Notes: a model not told the origin generated them from the letters alone. A DNA stretch of 32,000 nucleotides from Hyperthermus butylicus DSM 5456 (GCF_000015145.1 NC_008818.1:270001-302000); one strand, 5' to 3'; numbered from the stretch's first letter, positions 17,494 to 28,080 are shown. Made by a program: numbers and translations.

Positions 17494-20400
17494 CTAGAAT
17501 GGCTCCACGTTGGGGCCCCAGTACTCGCGTAGCTCGAGCGCCTCGAGATTCTCCAGGCCTACCCGGTTGATGGCCTCGGCGAGCATCCTGGCTAGCCGTG
17601 CGTCGAGCACCACGGGCACCCCAAGGTCTACCGCTAGGCGGCGCACCCTGTAGTCGCGCTGTGGCGCATAGTCCGTGGTCATTAGGAGGCCTACACCGCC
17701 CATCCTTACGAGGCGTAGTGCCTGCTCCAGCGGCAGCGGCTCAGCACCATCCACCTCCATGCCCTCTATGGTGTATACCGTGTAGCCCTTCTCCGTCATC
17801 AGCTTCGCTGCCTGGGATAGGTCGCTGCTGCCCCTGCCAGTCGGCGTGTATATGAGTACTATGCTGCCGGCCGGGGGTATCCTGTTGCCCTGGACGCTCA
17901 GCCAGCTCTTGAGCAGGGCTTCGTGGAGTGTGCGGCCGAGCGCTGCTACCTCGCCGGTGCTCCTCATCTCGGGGCCTAGGCCTGGATAGGCGCCCCGGAG
18001 CCTCTGCCAGCTCGGCTGGGGGCTCTTGACGCCCCACCACCCGGTGGGCCTCAGCAGCTTGAAGCCGTCGGCCCCGTTGAAGCCGTAGCTTATCCTTCCC
18101 CTGAGTGCTGCTTCGGCAGCTGCGCGCATGAGGTTGTAGCCGGTGACCTTGCTTGTGAAGGGCATTGATCGGCTTGCGCGGAGGTTTAGCTCGACCACGT
18201 AGACGCTACCATCCTTGACTAGGAACTGTATGTTGAATGGGCCCTTGATTTCTAGCACCTCGTTGAGGGTCTCTGCTATGCGTATCATCTCCCGCACAGC
18301 TGTCTCAGGCAGGCTGAACCAGGGGATAACCATTGTCGAGTCGCCGCTGTGCACACCGCCAGGCTCAACGTGCTCTATCACAGTGCCCACCGTGCGGCGG
18401 CTATCACCGACAGCGTCTATCTCCGCCTCTACAGCGTCCTCGAGGAACTTGGAGACAACCACTGGGTAGCGTGGCGACACCCTTGCGGCCTGCTCTATGT
18501 AGCTCTTCAGCTCCTCGGGGCTCCACGCGATCTTCATCGCTGAGCCACTTAGCACGTAGCTTGGACGCACCAGGACCGGGTAGCCCACGCTCTCCGCGAA
18601 CTTTAGAACCTCCTCGATGCTCGAGGCTGCTGTCCAGCTCGGCTGCTTTATGCCCAGCTCCTCGAGGAGCTGGGAGAACCAAGCGCGGTTCTCGGCTCGG
18701 TCCACACTCCTGCCCGGTGTGCCGAGGAGTCTGACGCCGCGCTCCTCCAGCGGCTTGGCGAGATTGTTTGCTATCTGGCCGCCGAGGAAGGCTATCACGC
18801 CGACCGGCTTCTCGAACCAGTATATGTCGATGACCCTTTCGAGGGTTAGCTCCTCGAAGTACAGCTTGTCGCTTATATCCCAGTCTGTGGATACCGTCTC
18901 GGGGTTGTAGTTGACTATTACCACCTCGTAGCCGAGGCGGCGCGCCTCATCGGCGAAGCTTACTACGCCCCAGTCGAACTCGACCGAGACACCAATACGG
19001 AATACGCCAGCACCCAGCACAATGAGCCTGGGGCGGCCAGTTGTTATGGGCTCGTCATCCTCGTAGGCATTGTAGCTCATGTAGAGATAGTTTGTCGCTG
19101 CAGGCCACTCGGCTGCGAGCGTGTCGATCTGCCTGACGCGGGGCCTGTCGAGACCTATGCTTCTACGTGCCTTCTCTACCTTCTCAACAGTGGTGCCGGT
19201 GAGCAGTGCCACCTGCTCGTCGCTAAAGCCTAGCCGTTTAGCCTCAGCAAGCAGGTCGAGGAACTCGGAGCTCCAGGGCTTTGTGCGCCGCAGCTTCTCC
19301 GCGACCTCCACGATCTCGCGTATCTGGCTGAGGAAGTAGGGGTCTACACCGGTAGCCTCGTAGACCTGCTCGACGCTAGCTCCGAGCCTGAATGCTTTCG
19401 CAGCCCATATGGGCCAGTATGGCTCTCGGCGCCGCAGCTTGCCTAGAACCTCCTCTAGACTCTCAGGCTCCTCGTACCTCGGGCCTGCGACGACCCCCGG
19501 TTCTCCTATGTCGAGCATGCGTATAGCCTTCTGGAGCGCCTCGGCGAAGTTTCTACCTATCGCCATTACCTCGCCTATGCTCTTCATTTCGCTGCCAATA
19601 CTCTTCTCCACGCCCTCGAACTTCTCCAGGTCCCATCGTGGCACCTTAACTACGACGTAGTCTAGGCTTGGCTCGAAGCAGGCGCACGTCCTCTCAGTGA
19701 CACGGTTTAGTAGCTCGTCGAGCCGGTAGCCGAGTGCGAGCTTTGCAGCAATGTATGCTAGCGGGTAGCCCGTCGCCTTGCTCGCCAGGGCGCTGCTACG
19801 GCTCATACGCGGGTTAGTCTCTATCACATAGTACTCCCAGCTGTCACGGGGGTTGAGCGCCAGCTGCACGTTACCCTCTCCCACGAGGCCTATAGCTTCG
19901 GCAACACGCAGGCTTGCCTCGCGCAGCAGCTGGTACTCCTGGTCGGTGAGCGTCTGGCACGGAGCTATGACCACGGATTCTCCCGTGTGGACGCCCATTG
20001 GGTCGGCGTTCTCGAGGCATGCTACTGCAACCATGTTGCCATACTGGTCGCGTACAACCTCGTACTCTATCTCCTTCCAGTAGTGGAGGTACTTCTCGAC
20101 GAGGACCTCGCCAGTGCCAGAGAACGCGAAGGCGCGAACAAGCCAGCGCTCCAGCTCCTCGCGGCTCCAGGCTACTAGGCTTCCGCCACCGCCGAGGTTG
20201 AAGCTGACGCGGACTATGACCGGGTATCCTATCTCGTTGGCAGCCCTAAGCGCCTCCTCGACGCTCGTGGCAGGGGTGCTGGGTGGAACCGGGAGGCCAG
20301 CCTTCATCATGGTTTCGCGGAACTTGCCGCGCGAGAGAGCCTTCTCAATACCCTCTATAGGGGTGCCCAGGACCCGGATCCCGTACCGGCTCAGGATACC

Positions 20401-20712
20401 ACGGCGGTGCAGCTCCACGCCAAGGCTAAGCGCTGTCTGGCCACCGAAGCCTAGCAGTATCGCGTCCGGCCGCTCGCGCTCAATAACCTTCTCGACAAAC
20501 CATGGCTGGAGAGGGCCAAGGTAGACATGGTCTGCGAGCTTGTAGCTCGTCTGAATGGTTGCAACGTTCGGGTTTACCAGTACCGTCTCTATACCCTCCT
20601 CGCGCAGGGCTTTCAGCGCCTGACTGCCACTATAGTCGAACTCTGCAGCCTCAGCTATCTTTATGGCGCCGCTGCCCAGCATCAGTACCTTCCTAACATC
20701 TATCCTCCTAGG
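17494..20712 (-). CDS. carB: Carbamoyl-phosphate synthase large subunit
   Basis: About 1070 aa. MPRRIDVRKVLMLGSGAIKIAEAAEFDYSGSQALKALREEGIETVLVNPNVATIQTS; two ATP-grasp halves; EINPR-like VIETNPRMSRSSALASKATGYPLAYIAAKLALG; C-terminal allosteric domain. Confidence 0.96.
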   Translation of the reverse strand, partial: PRRIDVRKVLMLGSGAIKIAEAAEFDYSGSQALKALREEGIETVLVNPNVATIQTSYKLADHVYLGPLQPWFVEKVIERERPDAILLGFGGQTALSLGVELHRRGILSRYGIRVLGTPIEGIEKALSRGKFRETMMKAGLPVPPSTPATSVEEALRAANEIGYPVIVRVSFNLGGGGSLVAWSREELERWLVRAFAFSGTGEVLVEKYLHYWKEIEYEVVRDQYGNMVAVACLENADPMGVHTGESVVIAPCQTLTDQEYQLLREASLRVAEAIGLVGEGNVQLALNPRDSWEYYVIETNPRMSRSSALASKATGYPLAYIAAKLALGYRLDELLNRVTERTCACFEPSLDYVVVKVPRWDLEKFEGVEKSIGSEMKSIGEVMAIGRNFAEALQKAIRMLDIGEPGVVAGPRYEEPESLEEVLGKLRRREPYWPIWAAKAFRLGASVEQVYEATGVDPYFLSQIREIVEVAEKLRRTKPWSSEFLDLLAEAKRLGFSDEQVALLTGTTVEKVEKARRSIGLDRPRVRQIDTLAAEWPAATNYLYMSYNAYEDDEPITTGRPRLIVLGAGVFRIGVSVEFDWGVVSFADEARRLGYEVVIVNYNPETVSTDWDISDKLYFEELTLERVIDIYWFEKPVGVIAFLGGQIANNLAKPLEERGVRLLGTPGRSVDRAENRAWFSQLLEELGIKQPSWTAASSIEEVLKFAESVGYPVLVRPSYVLSGSAMKIAWSPEELKSYIEQAARVSPRYPVVVSKFLEDAVEAEIDAVGDSRRTVGTVIEHVEPGGVHSGDSTMVIPWFSLPETAVREMIRIAETLNEVLEIKGPFNIQFLVKDGSVYVVELNLRASRSMPFTSKVTGYNLMRAAAEAALRGRISYGFNGADGFKLLRPTGWWGVKSPQPSWQRLRGAYPGLGPEMRSTGEVAALGRTLHEALLKSWLSVQGNRIPPAGSIVLIYTPTGRGSSDLSQAAKLMTEKGYTVYTIEGMEVDGAEPLPLEQALRLVRMGGVGLLMTTDYAPQRDYRVRRLAVDLGVPVVLDARLARMLAEAINRVGLENLEALELREYWGPNVEPF

Positions 20713-20748
20713 CATTCCACAGCCACCCCTTGCCATGCACCATCAGGG

Positions 20749-21915
20749 CTAGACGGCTTGTCGAGACTTGGTCTCCTCGATGAGCTTGAGGAACAAGTCG
20801 AAAACCCATGTGGAGTCCCAGGGGCCCGGCCCGGCCTCAGGGTGGAACTGTGTAGCTACCACTAGCCCGTCACGCGAACGTACTCCTTCGAGTGTACCGT
20901 CATCGGGCTGGCGGAACCACGGTATGAGACCGGTTCCGTCAAGGCTATCCCAGTCAATAGCATAGCCGTGGTTGTGCGTGGTAACCATGCAGCGGCCAGT
21001 GCCAAGCTCGACGACCGGCTTGTTTACTCCGCGATGGCCGTAGGGGAGCTTGTAGGCGCGTGCACCGAGGCCTAGAGCTAGTAGCTGCATGCCGAGGCAT
21101 ATTGCTAGGACTGGCTTACCCGAGGTGGCAACCTCGGCTGCTGTCCTAGCCTGGCTTCGGAGGAGGGCGGGGTTCCCGGGCCCGTTACTCAGTACCACGG
21201 CGTCGTAGCCGTCTAGGAGCTGCCAGGCAGGAGTCGTACACGGGTAGCGGGTCACCTCGATGCCGCGCTCTAGGAGGCGCCGCAGTATGCCATACTTTAC
21301 TCCACAGTCGAGCAATGCTACACGTGCTCTAACCCTACCCCTGGGCCTATGTACTATGGGCTTCCTAGGGCTGACCTCGAGAGCAAATATCCTCTCGTCG
21401 TAGGATTTCGATGATACCAGCTTCCGTGCAAGCTCATCCCAGCCCGGGGGCTCCTCGCCATCCCTGTAAACCGATATTATGCCCATTACAACGCCATACT
21501 CGCGTATCCGCTTCACAAGAAACCTTGTATCGACACGGTATATTCCTGGTACGCCCTCGCTCCTCAGCCACTCGTGGAGACTCATTACGGATGCGTAGTG
21601 GCTAGGCTGCGGCAGTTCTGCTACCACGAACCCTTCCACCTGTATGTGGTCCGACTCGTAGTCGACTGGGACGCCGTGGAGTTGCCTGTCTCTACTCGGA
21701 ACACCATAGTTGCCTATCATCGGGTGTGTCTCCACGAGTATCTGACCACGGTAGCTTGGGTCGGTGAGGCTCTCAGGGTACCCGGTCATGGCCGTCGTAA
21801 ATACAACTTCGCCGACACGGGTTGCCTCTGCGCCAAAGCCGCAGCCCTCAACAGCAACACCATCGGCTAGTAGCAGCCTTGCACGCAGACTCGTCTTACA
21901 CCTAAGGAGGGGCAT
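20749..21915 (-). CDS. carA: Carbamoyl-phosphate synthase small subunit
   Basis: TTAMTGYPESLTDPSYRGQILVETHPMIGNYGV, GNPALL, CLGMQLLALGLGA (class I GATase), TQFHPEAGPGP. Likely start MPLLRCKTSL at 21915. Confidence 0.95.
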   Translation of the reverse strand: MPLLRCKTSLRARLLLADGVAVEGCGFGAEATRVGEVVFTTAMTGYPESLTDPSYRGQILVETHPMIGNYGVPSRDRQLHGVPVDYESDHIQVEGFVVAELPQPSHYASVMSLHEWLRSEGVPGIYRVDTRFLVKRIREYGVVMGIISVYRDGEEPPGWDELARKLVSSKSYDERIFALEVSPRKPIVHRPRGRVRARVALLDCGVKYGILRRLLERGIEVTRYPCTTPAWQLLDGYDAVVLSNGPGNPALLRSQARTAAEVATSGKPVLAICLGMQLLALGLGARAYKLPYGHRGVNKPVVELGTGRCMVTTHNHGYAIDWDSLDGTGLIPWFRQPDDGTLEGVRSRDGLVVATQFHPEAGPGPWDSTWVFDLFLKLIEETKSRQAV

Positions 21916-21935
21916 TCTATAGACTTTTATATCGC

Positions 21936-23333
21936 CTATTTGCACTCGTCAAGCACCTCTCTGGCTGTTTTTACGAGGTTTTCCCACGTGTTCACGAAGC
22001 TGGTTCTAATCGAGTGGAGGAGCTTCATGTCATGTTCTACTCGTTCACGCGGCTTAGCCATGTCTAGGTCAGCCCTGCACCCGGTGTGCCTCATGGAGGT
22101 TAGCTCTGATGGACTGGTTACGCCTAGCTTCTGGAAGAGCTCGCTGATCTTACCGTCTCGGAGCTTCATAGCGACTTCGCGGTAGGCTTCGCGGAGAGGC
22201 ATGCCAGTCCTAAGCGCGAGGAGTTCGGCCAGCTCAGCGCCCCATGCAATGTAGCTTTCTGCAAGCTTGCTGAGTCTCTCCAGGTCGAACTCCATGCTGG
22301 AGAATAGGTCTGCGAGTATGCGGCTGGACTCCGCTGCGTCGCGCAGGATCGTGTAGAGGAGCGGGTTTGCCTCCTGCAGGTCGAGGTTATAGCCGTAGGG
22401 GAGCCCCTTCTGTATGGCTAGGAGGCCAGCTGCAAGGCCTGCTGCTCGGGCTGCACGCGCACGAAGCACTTCTAGGGTGACAGGGTTCCTCTTGTGCGGC
22501 ATAATACTGCTGGTTGCAACGTGGCTCTCTGGTATGCGGACAGCTGATACGTACGGGGTGGAAAGTAGCACAAGGTTCTCCGCTATGCGTGAAGCCTCGA
22601 CAAGCAGTGCTGTTGCTGCTAGCGCGGCGGCCGTAACGTCCAACCTGCTGCCAGTAGCGTAGAGGCTATTCCCGAGGACGCCACTAAACCCGGTGAGGCG
22701 GGCGAGCTCCTCGGGGTCTATTGGTGCTAGTGTCCCGGCTCCAGCGCTGGCGCCAAGGGGGCTTCTATCGACGAGACCGATGACGCTGTAGAGTAGTTTG
22801 TAGGCGGAGGCGAGCGCCTCCTCCCAGGCGAGAAGGAGACAGTCAAGGGTTGCAAGCTGGCTCGGCTGCTGATGCGTATGGAATAGAACGGGGGCACCGC
22901 GATGCTTCTCTGCTAGCTCGATGAGGCGGAGACGTGCCTGGAGAAGCCAGTATAGAGTGTCGATAATCTTATTGATCGTGTAGAGGCGGAGAGCGGCTGA
23001 GACGTGGTCGTTTCGGCTCCTGCCAATCCAAATGTAGGCTGATTCGCCCCCGGTTTTCTGTGCAAGCCAATCCTCAAGCGCTTCAAACACATCCTCGTAT
23101 CCGGGCCCTAGCAGTTCACCAGGCTTCTTTTCGAGGGCCTCCAGGAGGACACGTAGTGTTAGGCATGCAGCCCTACGGGGGATTATCCCGCGGCGGTACA
23201 GGTGGAGCGTATGGGCGATAAGGATGTATACTACATAAGTGTATATTTCATTGTCGTGGCCTATGCTCGAGGTGTAGTCGTAGACTATTGCAGAGTCTCC
23301 GCTGAGGCCAACGGTCTCTCGGTACCTAAGCAA
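21936..23333 (-). CDS. argH: Argininosuccinate lyase
   Basis: SSIMPHKRNPVTLEVLRARAARAAG signature, WIGRSRNDHVSAALRLY, HTHQQPSQLATL. The track ORF starts at 23507 but overlaps argG; a TTG at 23333 (LLRYRETVGLSG) is the likely start. Confidence 0.93.
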   Translation of the reverse strand: MLRYRETVGLSGDSAIVYDYTSSIGHDNEIYTYVVYILIAHTLHLYRRGIIPRRAACLTLRVLLEALEKKPGELLGPGYEDVFEALEDWLAQKTGGESAYIWIGRSRNDHVSAALRLYTINKIIDTLYWLLQARLRLIELAEKHRGAPVLFHTHQQPSQLATLDCLLLAWEEALASAYKLLYSVIGLVDRSPLGASAGAGTLAPIDPEELARLTGFSGVLGNSLYATGSRLDVTAAALAATALLVEASRIAENLVLLSTPYVSAVRIPESHVATSSIMPHKRNPVTLEVLRARAARAAGLAAGLLAIQKGLPYGYNLDLQEANPLLYTILRDAAESSRILADLFSSMEFDLERLSKLAESYIAWGAELAELLALRTGMPLREAYREVAMKLRDGKISELFQKLGVTSPSELTSMRHTGCRADLDMAKPRERVEHDMKLLHSIRTSFVNTWENLVKTAREVLDECK

Positions 23334-23413
23334 TAACCCACCACCCTCGCGGCGTACCGTCCTATTATCAATCTTACTGAACCCGCAGACCACCAGCAGG
23401 CATTGCAGCCAGG

Positions 23414-24604
23414 TTAGCCCCAGAGGCTGCGCGCCTTGGCTGCAGCAAGACTGTGAAGGCTCCATATGGTTATGAAGCCGCGGGCCTCCTCGTCGCTCGG
23501 ATACCAACCATGGTTGTAGTCTATGGCTTCGCGGCTGTAGCCACTGTATGGGCTCCAGCGGCCTACAACCATGAGGCTACCCTTGTACACCTTGACCCTG
23601 ACTGTTCCTGTCACCCAGCGGTTTAGCTCGTCTATAGCCTTCTCAAGGGTGGCTCGCAGGGGCTCCACCCACAAGCCCTGGTATACGAGGTCGCTCCACT
23701 CCTGGTCTAGGATCCGCTTGAACCTTAGCTCCCTGGGCGTGTACACGGTCTTCTCGAGGTCCCTATGGGCCTCTATCAGTGTAAGCGCTGCCGGGGCCTC
23801 GTAGACCTCCCTGCTCTTGAGCCCGACTACGCGGTTCTCTATGTGGTCTATCCTGCCGTAGCCGTACGCGCCTACCAGCCTGTTGAGGAGCGATACTATC
23901 TTGGCTAGGTGCATCTTTTCCCCATTAATCGAGACCGGTATACCCTTCTCGAAGCCTATCTCGAGGTAGAGGGGCTGATCGGGAGCCTTCTCGGGCGCGA
24001 CAGTCCACGCAAACGCGTCCTCCGGAGGCTCAGCCATGGGGTCGTCGAGTGGGCCTCCCTCGATGCTTCTACTCCACAAGTTCTCGTCGATGCTATAGGT
24101 CTTGTGGAGTCCTGGTGGCTGGAACCCGTTCCTCCTCAGTATCTCGGCCGCCTTGGCGCGGGTGAGTCTGAGCTCGCGAACCGGCGCAATAATCTTGATG
24201 TCATCGCCAAGATAGTATTTCAGCATAGTGTCAAACCTCACCTGGTCGTTACCCTTAGAGGTGCAGCCGTGGGCTACGGCATCAGCACTCTCCTTCCTAG
24301 CTATCTCCGCGACCTTCTCAGCTATGAGGGGGCGTGCAAGTGCCGTGCCGAGAGGATACTTGTCCTCGTAGAGGGCGTTAGCCTTTATAGCCATGGATAT
24401 GTACTTCTCCGCGAACTCTTCCACAGCATTAACAGTGTAGTGCTTGGAGGCGCCAAGCTTGTAGGCTCTCTCCTCAACCTCCTCCAGGTCCTCCTCCTGG
24501 CCAACCGAGACAGTCACTGTGACAACTTCATGGCCTTGCTCGCGGAGAAGCACGAGTATAGCTGATGTGTCAAGGCCGCCCGAGTATGCGAGCACAACCT
24601 TCAA
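23414..24604 (-). CDS. argG: Argininosuccinate synthase
   Basis: [46 protein letters not shown] end. Confidence 0.96.
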   Translation of the reverse strand: MKVVLAYSGGLDTSAILVLLREQGHEVVTVTVSVGQEEDLEEVEERAYKLGASKHYTVNAVEEFAEKYISMAIKANALYEDKYPLGTALARPLIAEKVAEIARKESADAVAHGCTSKGNDQVRFDTMLKYYLGDDIKIIAPVRELRLTRAKAAEILRRNGFQPPGLHKTYSIDENLWSRSIEGGPLDDPMAEPPEDAFAWTVAPEKAPDQPLYLEIGFEKGIPVSINGEKMHLAKIVSLLNRLVGAYGYGRIDHIENRVVGLKSREVYEAPAALTLIEAHRDLEKTVYTPRELRFKRILDQEWSDLVYQGLWVEPLRATLEKAIDELNRWVTGTVRVKVYKGSLMVVGRWSPYSGYSREAIDYNHGWYPSDEEARGFITIWSLHSLAAAKARSLWG

Positions 24605-24699
24605 TCCAGACGTACACCCTACAGCGCTGGAGGGCCCCGGTACCGGGAGTTAAGGGACATGCACCATTCATTGCGTATGAAGAAATATCTCTCTTGAAT

Positions 24700-25464
24700 C
24701 TGTTTCACTCTGCACCAGGTGTTGCGGTTGAGAACGGTGGGCCATCCTTGACGGCTCAGAGCCTCTCGGAGATAGTGCGTAGGCTCGTAGACGCGGACCC
24801 CTGTGTCCGAGACTGCCTAGCTCGCGGGATAGTCAACTACTCCGAGCTGGCCCGCAGAATAAAGCCCCTGGTGGAAAGGGAGGCCAAGCGTGGTGCCAGC
24901 CTGGAAGCCGTGAAGGCGGCCCTTGTACGCTACGCGTCGAGGCTGCGGGAGCAGAACATTCAGACACCGCAGAGGCGGCTACTCGAGGTTCTAGCTAAGA
25001 GCGCTCTCGAGCTCCGTACAGGGGTAACAGTTGCAACAGTCAGGCTCCACGCGCTACCCCGGCTCGTCGAGGCCGCGGCAGCGCTCGTGGGACGTACAAG
25101 GCTGCTATTCCTCATGCAGAGCATCGCAAGTGTAACCATAACAGTGAGCAGCGAGTACTTCGACTACATAGAGCAGCGTGTTGGCCGCGAAAACTTCATC
25201 GAGGTCTACCCCGACCAGGCGGTACTAGTGATAGTCAGCCCGCCAGCAGTGGTCGAAACACCCGGGTTCACAGCATACATAACAAGTATCCTCGCACGGA
25301 ACGGGATAAACATCAACCAGATAGAATCAGTCTACACCGACACTATACTAGTACTCAGCCTAGATGATGCACTAAGGGCTTTCCAGCTGCTACGCGAGGC
25401 AATAGAGGTTGCCAAGAGGAGTCTGAGAGAATACGAGAAAGGACAGGCAGCAAACACCGAATAA
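24700..25464 (+). CDS. ACT-domain protein, possible amino-acid-responsive regulator (start uncertain)
   Basis: The ORF opens at 24565 but the divergent argG begins at 24604, so the true start lies downstream (several TTG/GTG options; 24700 is approximate). C-terminal ACT-like pattern (ETPGFTAYITSILARNGININQIESVYTDTILVLSLDDALRAFQLL), as in aspartokinase-type regulatory domains. Confidence 0.65.
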   Translation: MFHSAPGVAVENGGPSLTAQSLSEIVRRLVDADPCVRDCLARGIVNYSELARRIKPLVEREAKRGASLEAVKAALVRYASRLREQNIQTPQRRLLEVLAKSALELRTGVTVATVRLHALPRLVEAAAALVGRTRLLFLMQSIASVTITVSSEYFDYIEQRVGRENFIEVYPDQAVLVIVSPPAVVETPGFTAYITSILARNGININQIESVYTDTILVLSLDDALRAFQLLREAIEVAKRSLREYEKGQAANTE

Positions 25465-25532
25465 CAATATTTATGTAAAAAACTACTTGCAATAGCATCA
25501 TGCAGAACAGTCAAAAGCAGTGCCTTGGCAGT

Positions 25533-25690
25533 TTAGCTTGTCAGCGATACTATCTCCTCGCTCTCAGCCTTCCACAGTGCAATGTCGACGAACTTGCTGT
25601 AGTCCTGGAACATTAAGTTATTGTTCCCGTCTAGTGCCTTCCAGCTAGTGACGCCGTAGCAGTTCTCCGCTATTACTGGTAGAATCTTAG
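25533..25690 (-). pseudogene. Possible C-terminal remnant of an unidentified protein
   Basis: Reverse-strand AKILPVIAENCYGVTSWKALDGNNNLMFQDYSKFVDIALWKAESEEIVSLTS*, clean protein-like reading with no start and a different frame from the upstream hydrolase. Confidence 0.35.
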
Positions 25691-27892
25691 CTAGGCTTTG
25701 GGCTCTACGACTACTACCTCGTATTCTTCCAGCCTATCTATGCTGACTATTATCTTGCCGTTTTTCTCCTCTATGCTGTACTTTCTGTTTGCTAGTGGTG
25801 AGTAGGCCTTAACGCCTGCATGGTGGCTGACAAGGTCCTGGTCTACAATTATCCTGATACCAGTTACGGGTATTATCTCCCGGATGGGGTGTACGGCTTC
25901 GCTGCTACTATAGCCTGGGATGGGTTGCTTAGCGCCCCTAAGGCTTATCGCTTGTATCCTTTGGCCTGTAGTGTAGTTGAGTAAGTGTATGACTAGTCTC
26001 TCTCCTTGTTTCCACGGTTCCACGATAACGGTTTCGGGGGCTTCTGCCTCCAATGGCGGGTTGCCGCCGGCATAGCGGATGCTGTTGGCTATGAGTTTCT
26101 GGTAGTCGGGGTGCCCGGTGTGCCAATAGTGGGATCCGAGCCTCCAGGGATAGTATATGGCTTTACCGTTAACCACTATGCCGGGAAGGCTTGTGCTGTA
26201 GCCTAGTGGCGGCGTGGAACGGCCTAGGGTGTACTCGTGTCCATAGCGATATGCTGGTTCACCAATGTATGCTGGCACTTCTGCATCCCTAGCTGCTTCT
26301 ACGGGTACTATGCTGCCGAGCTCCTTGCCTCTGGGAAGATCGTATCTTATGTCGCCAAGGGGTATTGGACCATCTATGCCCTCTAGGACTGGGTGCTTCC
26401 GGGCTGGTATGAGGTAGCTCCAGTCCCTGCTAACGGGCTCACCCGCCAGCCTGGCACCGAGAATGCTTTCTGCGAGAAGCCCGCCTGCTGGCAGGCAGTC
26501 GTCGTTGTAGAGACTTGTCTGGAATGTCGCGATCACCCCGCCCCCCGCCTCTACATGGTTCTCGAGCGCCCGGAGCAGCTCGTTACTCACGCATGCTGTG
26601 TCGGCAAGTACAACGACCTTGTACTTGCTTAGTGCTTCTCCTACCGCGTCCTGGTCGAGGAGGTATTCTACATGGATGTGGCTATGCTGTAGAGCATAGT
26701 AGAATCCGCGAACCTCATCCACGTAACGCTCAGGGCTCAGCCTTCCATAGTGGTCTCGGACTGTATTAGATACAATTATCGCTGCATACCTTACCGGCTC
26801 AGCACCGTCAAGGTACTCCTCGAGTAGTTCGTGTTCCCGAAAAACCTCCTCTATAGGCTTGAGGGACTCGGGCCTCTGGATGAGCTGGCTCGAGAAGACT
26901 AGCACCCAGGGATTGCCGCCAGCAATGAATGCTTCGCGGAGGCCTTGCCTCAGCAGTGGCGGTGGTGCTGGGTGTGGGGGGCGGAGGCTGTAGAAAGCGT
27001 TTCTCGACGCGAATATCGCTACACCCTCTCCTGCCATGGCCCTGGATAGCTTAACCATTTCAGCTATGAAGCCTGGGGGCTGGTGATCCGCCTCACTACA
27101 CTCCGCGAAGACCGCGTCGAGGATGCCCCGTGCCATCTCTACTACGCGGTTAGCACGGCCAGCCCAGCCAGCAGGATGGCTATTATACATCACGACTGCA
27201 TCCCTTCTCGCCGCCTTGGCCTCGGCTGCCAGCCTCGCGAGGGCACCGACTACGACACGGTACCTCCAGTCCCACAGCATCCTCCACCTATTATCGCTCC
27301 AGTCAGGCTCAACCGGCATATCGTAGCCATGTTCTCGGCGGAACCTCTTGCGGCACCAACGGCAGTAACAAGCCCTCTCCGGGTCGGGCTGGTAGCGGAA
27401 ACTATCGAATAGGACGCCGTCAGCTCCCAGCTCCAGCGCCTCCCTTACCTCCAGCACTGCATGCTCCAGGAAGGGGCTGTTTGGACATAACTGCGGCCAC
27501 TCGGGCTCCCAAACCCCGCTGGGGGCATGTTCGAGGAGCACTGGCTCGCCCCTAGCGTTTACCTGTGCCCAGTCTCTATGCCTAAGGTATAACAATTTGT
27601 TAGCGGTATGAGCAACCATTGCTACGACGCGTATGCCGCGACGGTGAGCCTCAGCAATGAGCTCTCTAAGGAAGTCGCCGGGCATGCCCGGCCGTGGGGG
27701 CCCCGCCCTACCGCCCCGGTAGTAGGTGTAGCCCCATGCATCCCTAGCAAAGACCACGATGAGGTTTGCATGCAGTTTCTCCGCAAGCACCGCAACGTCT
27801 CGGCCACGTATCCGTGACACATGGATACCCAGCCGATCCTCGAAATTGAACTGGAGAGCCCTGAGAGGTTTCATCCACCAAGTCTTATCCAA
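25691..27892 (-). CDS. Putative glycoside hydrolase (TIM-barrel with GH42-trimerisation/GATase-like domain)
   Basis: 733 aa. N-terminal barrel with GADGVLFDSFRYQPDPERACYCRWCRKRFRREHGYDMP; middle HIHVEYLLDQDAV...YKVVVLADTACVSNELLRALENHVEAGGGVIATFQTS; C-terminal beta domain. It lies downstream of a sugar ABC transporter. Confidence 0.8.
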   Translation of the reverse strand: MDKTWWMKPLRALQFNFEDRLGIHVSRIRGRDVAVLAEKLHANLIVVFARDAWGYTYYRGGRAGPPRPGMPGDFLRELIAEAHRRGIRVVAMVAHTANKLLYLRHRDWAQVNARGEPVLLEHAPSGVWEPEWPQLCPNSPFLEHAVLEVREALELGADGVLFDSFRYQPDPERACYCRWCRKRFRREHGYDMPVEPDWSDNRWRMLWDWRYRVVVGALARLAAEAKAARRDAVVMYNSHPAGWAGRANRVVEMARGILDAVFAECSEADHQPPGFIAEMVKLSRAMAGEGVAIFASRNAFYSLRPPHPAPPPLLRQGLREAFIAGGNPWVLVFSSQLIQRPESLKPIEEVFREHELLEEYLDGAEPVRYAAIIVSNTVRDHYGRLSPERYVDEVRGFYYALQHSHIHVEYLLDQDAVGEALSKYKVVVLADTACVSNELLRALENHVEAGGGVIATFQTSLYNDDCLPAGGLLAESILGARLAGEPVSRDWSYLIPARKHPVLEGIDGPIPLGDIRYDLPRGKELGSIVPVEAARDAEVPAYIGEPAYRYGHEYTLGRSTPPLGYSTSLPGIVVNGKAIYYPWRLGSHYWHTGHPDYQKLIANSIRYAGGNPPLEAEAPETVIVEPWKQGERLVIHLLNYTTGQRIQAISLRGAKQPIPGYSSSEAVHPIREIIPVTGIRIIVDQDLVSHHAGVKAYSPLANRKYSIEEKNGKIIVSIDRLEEYEVVVVEPKA

Positions 27893-28080
27893 GGCTTTAG
27901 ACCACGCGCCTCCAAGCAGGACAGGCCATTGCGGACCCCCATTTAGGTTGTGGGGCTACGGTGTTCCCAGTAACATGCAGCCTCTTTTCCGCTAGCAAGT
28001 GGACTCGCACCGGAGGAAGCACGGCTATGCCATGAAGTATAGTATTACTATCTTGCGCCTAGCAGCTTGGCAATCGTGTT

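Noticed and set aside
17200-17532. 110-aa plus-strand ORF next to carB
   Set aside because: Low-complexity translation; the opposite strand carries the pyrD-like remnant, which explains the region better.
17598-20696. Many plus-strand ORFs opposite carB (for example 18333-18734, 20114-20524)
   Set aside because: Antisense of carB; low-complexity Ser/Arg/Pro composition typical of shadow ORFs.
23909-24565. 218-aa plus-strand ORF opposite argG
   Set aside because: Entirely antisense to a clear argG; the translation mirrors the argG complement with no domain signal.
26006-27817. Plus-strand ORFs opposite the glycoside hydrolase
   Set aside because: Shadow ORFs, no independent support.
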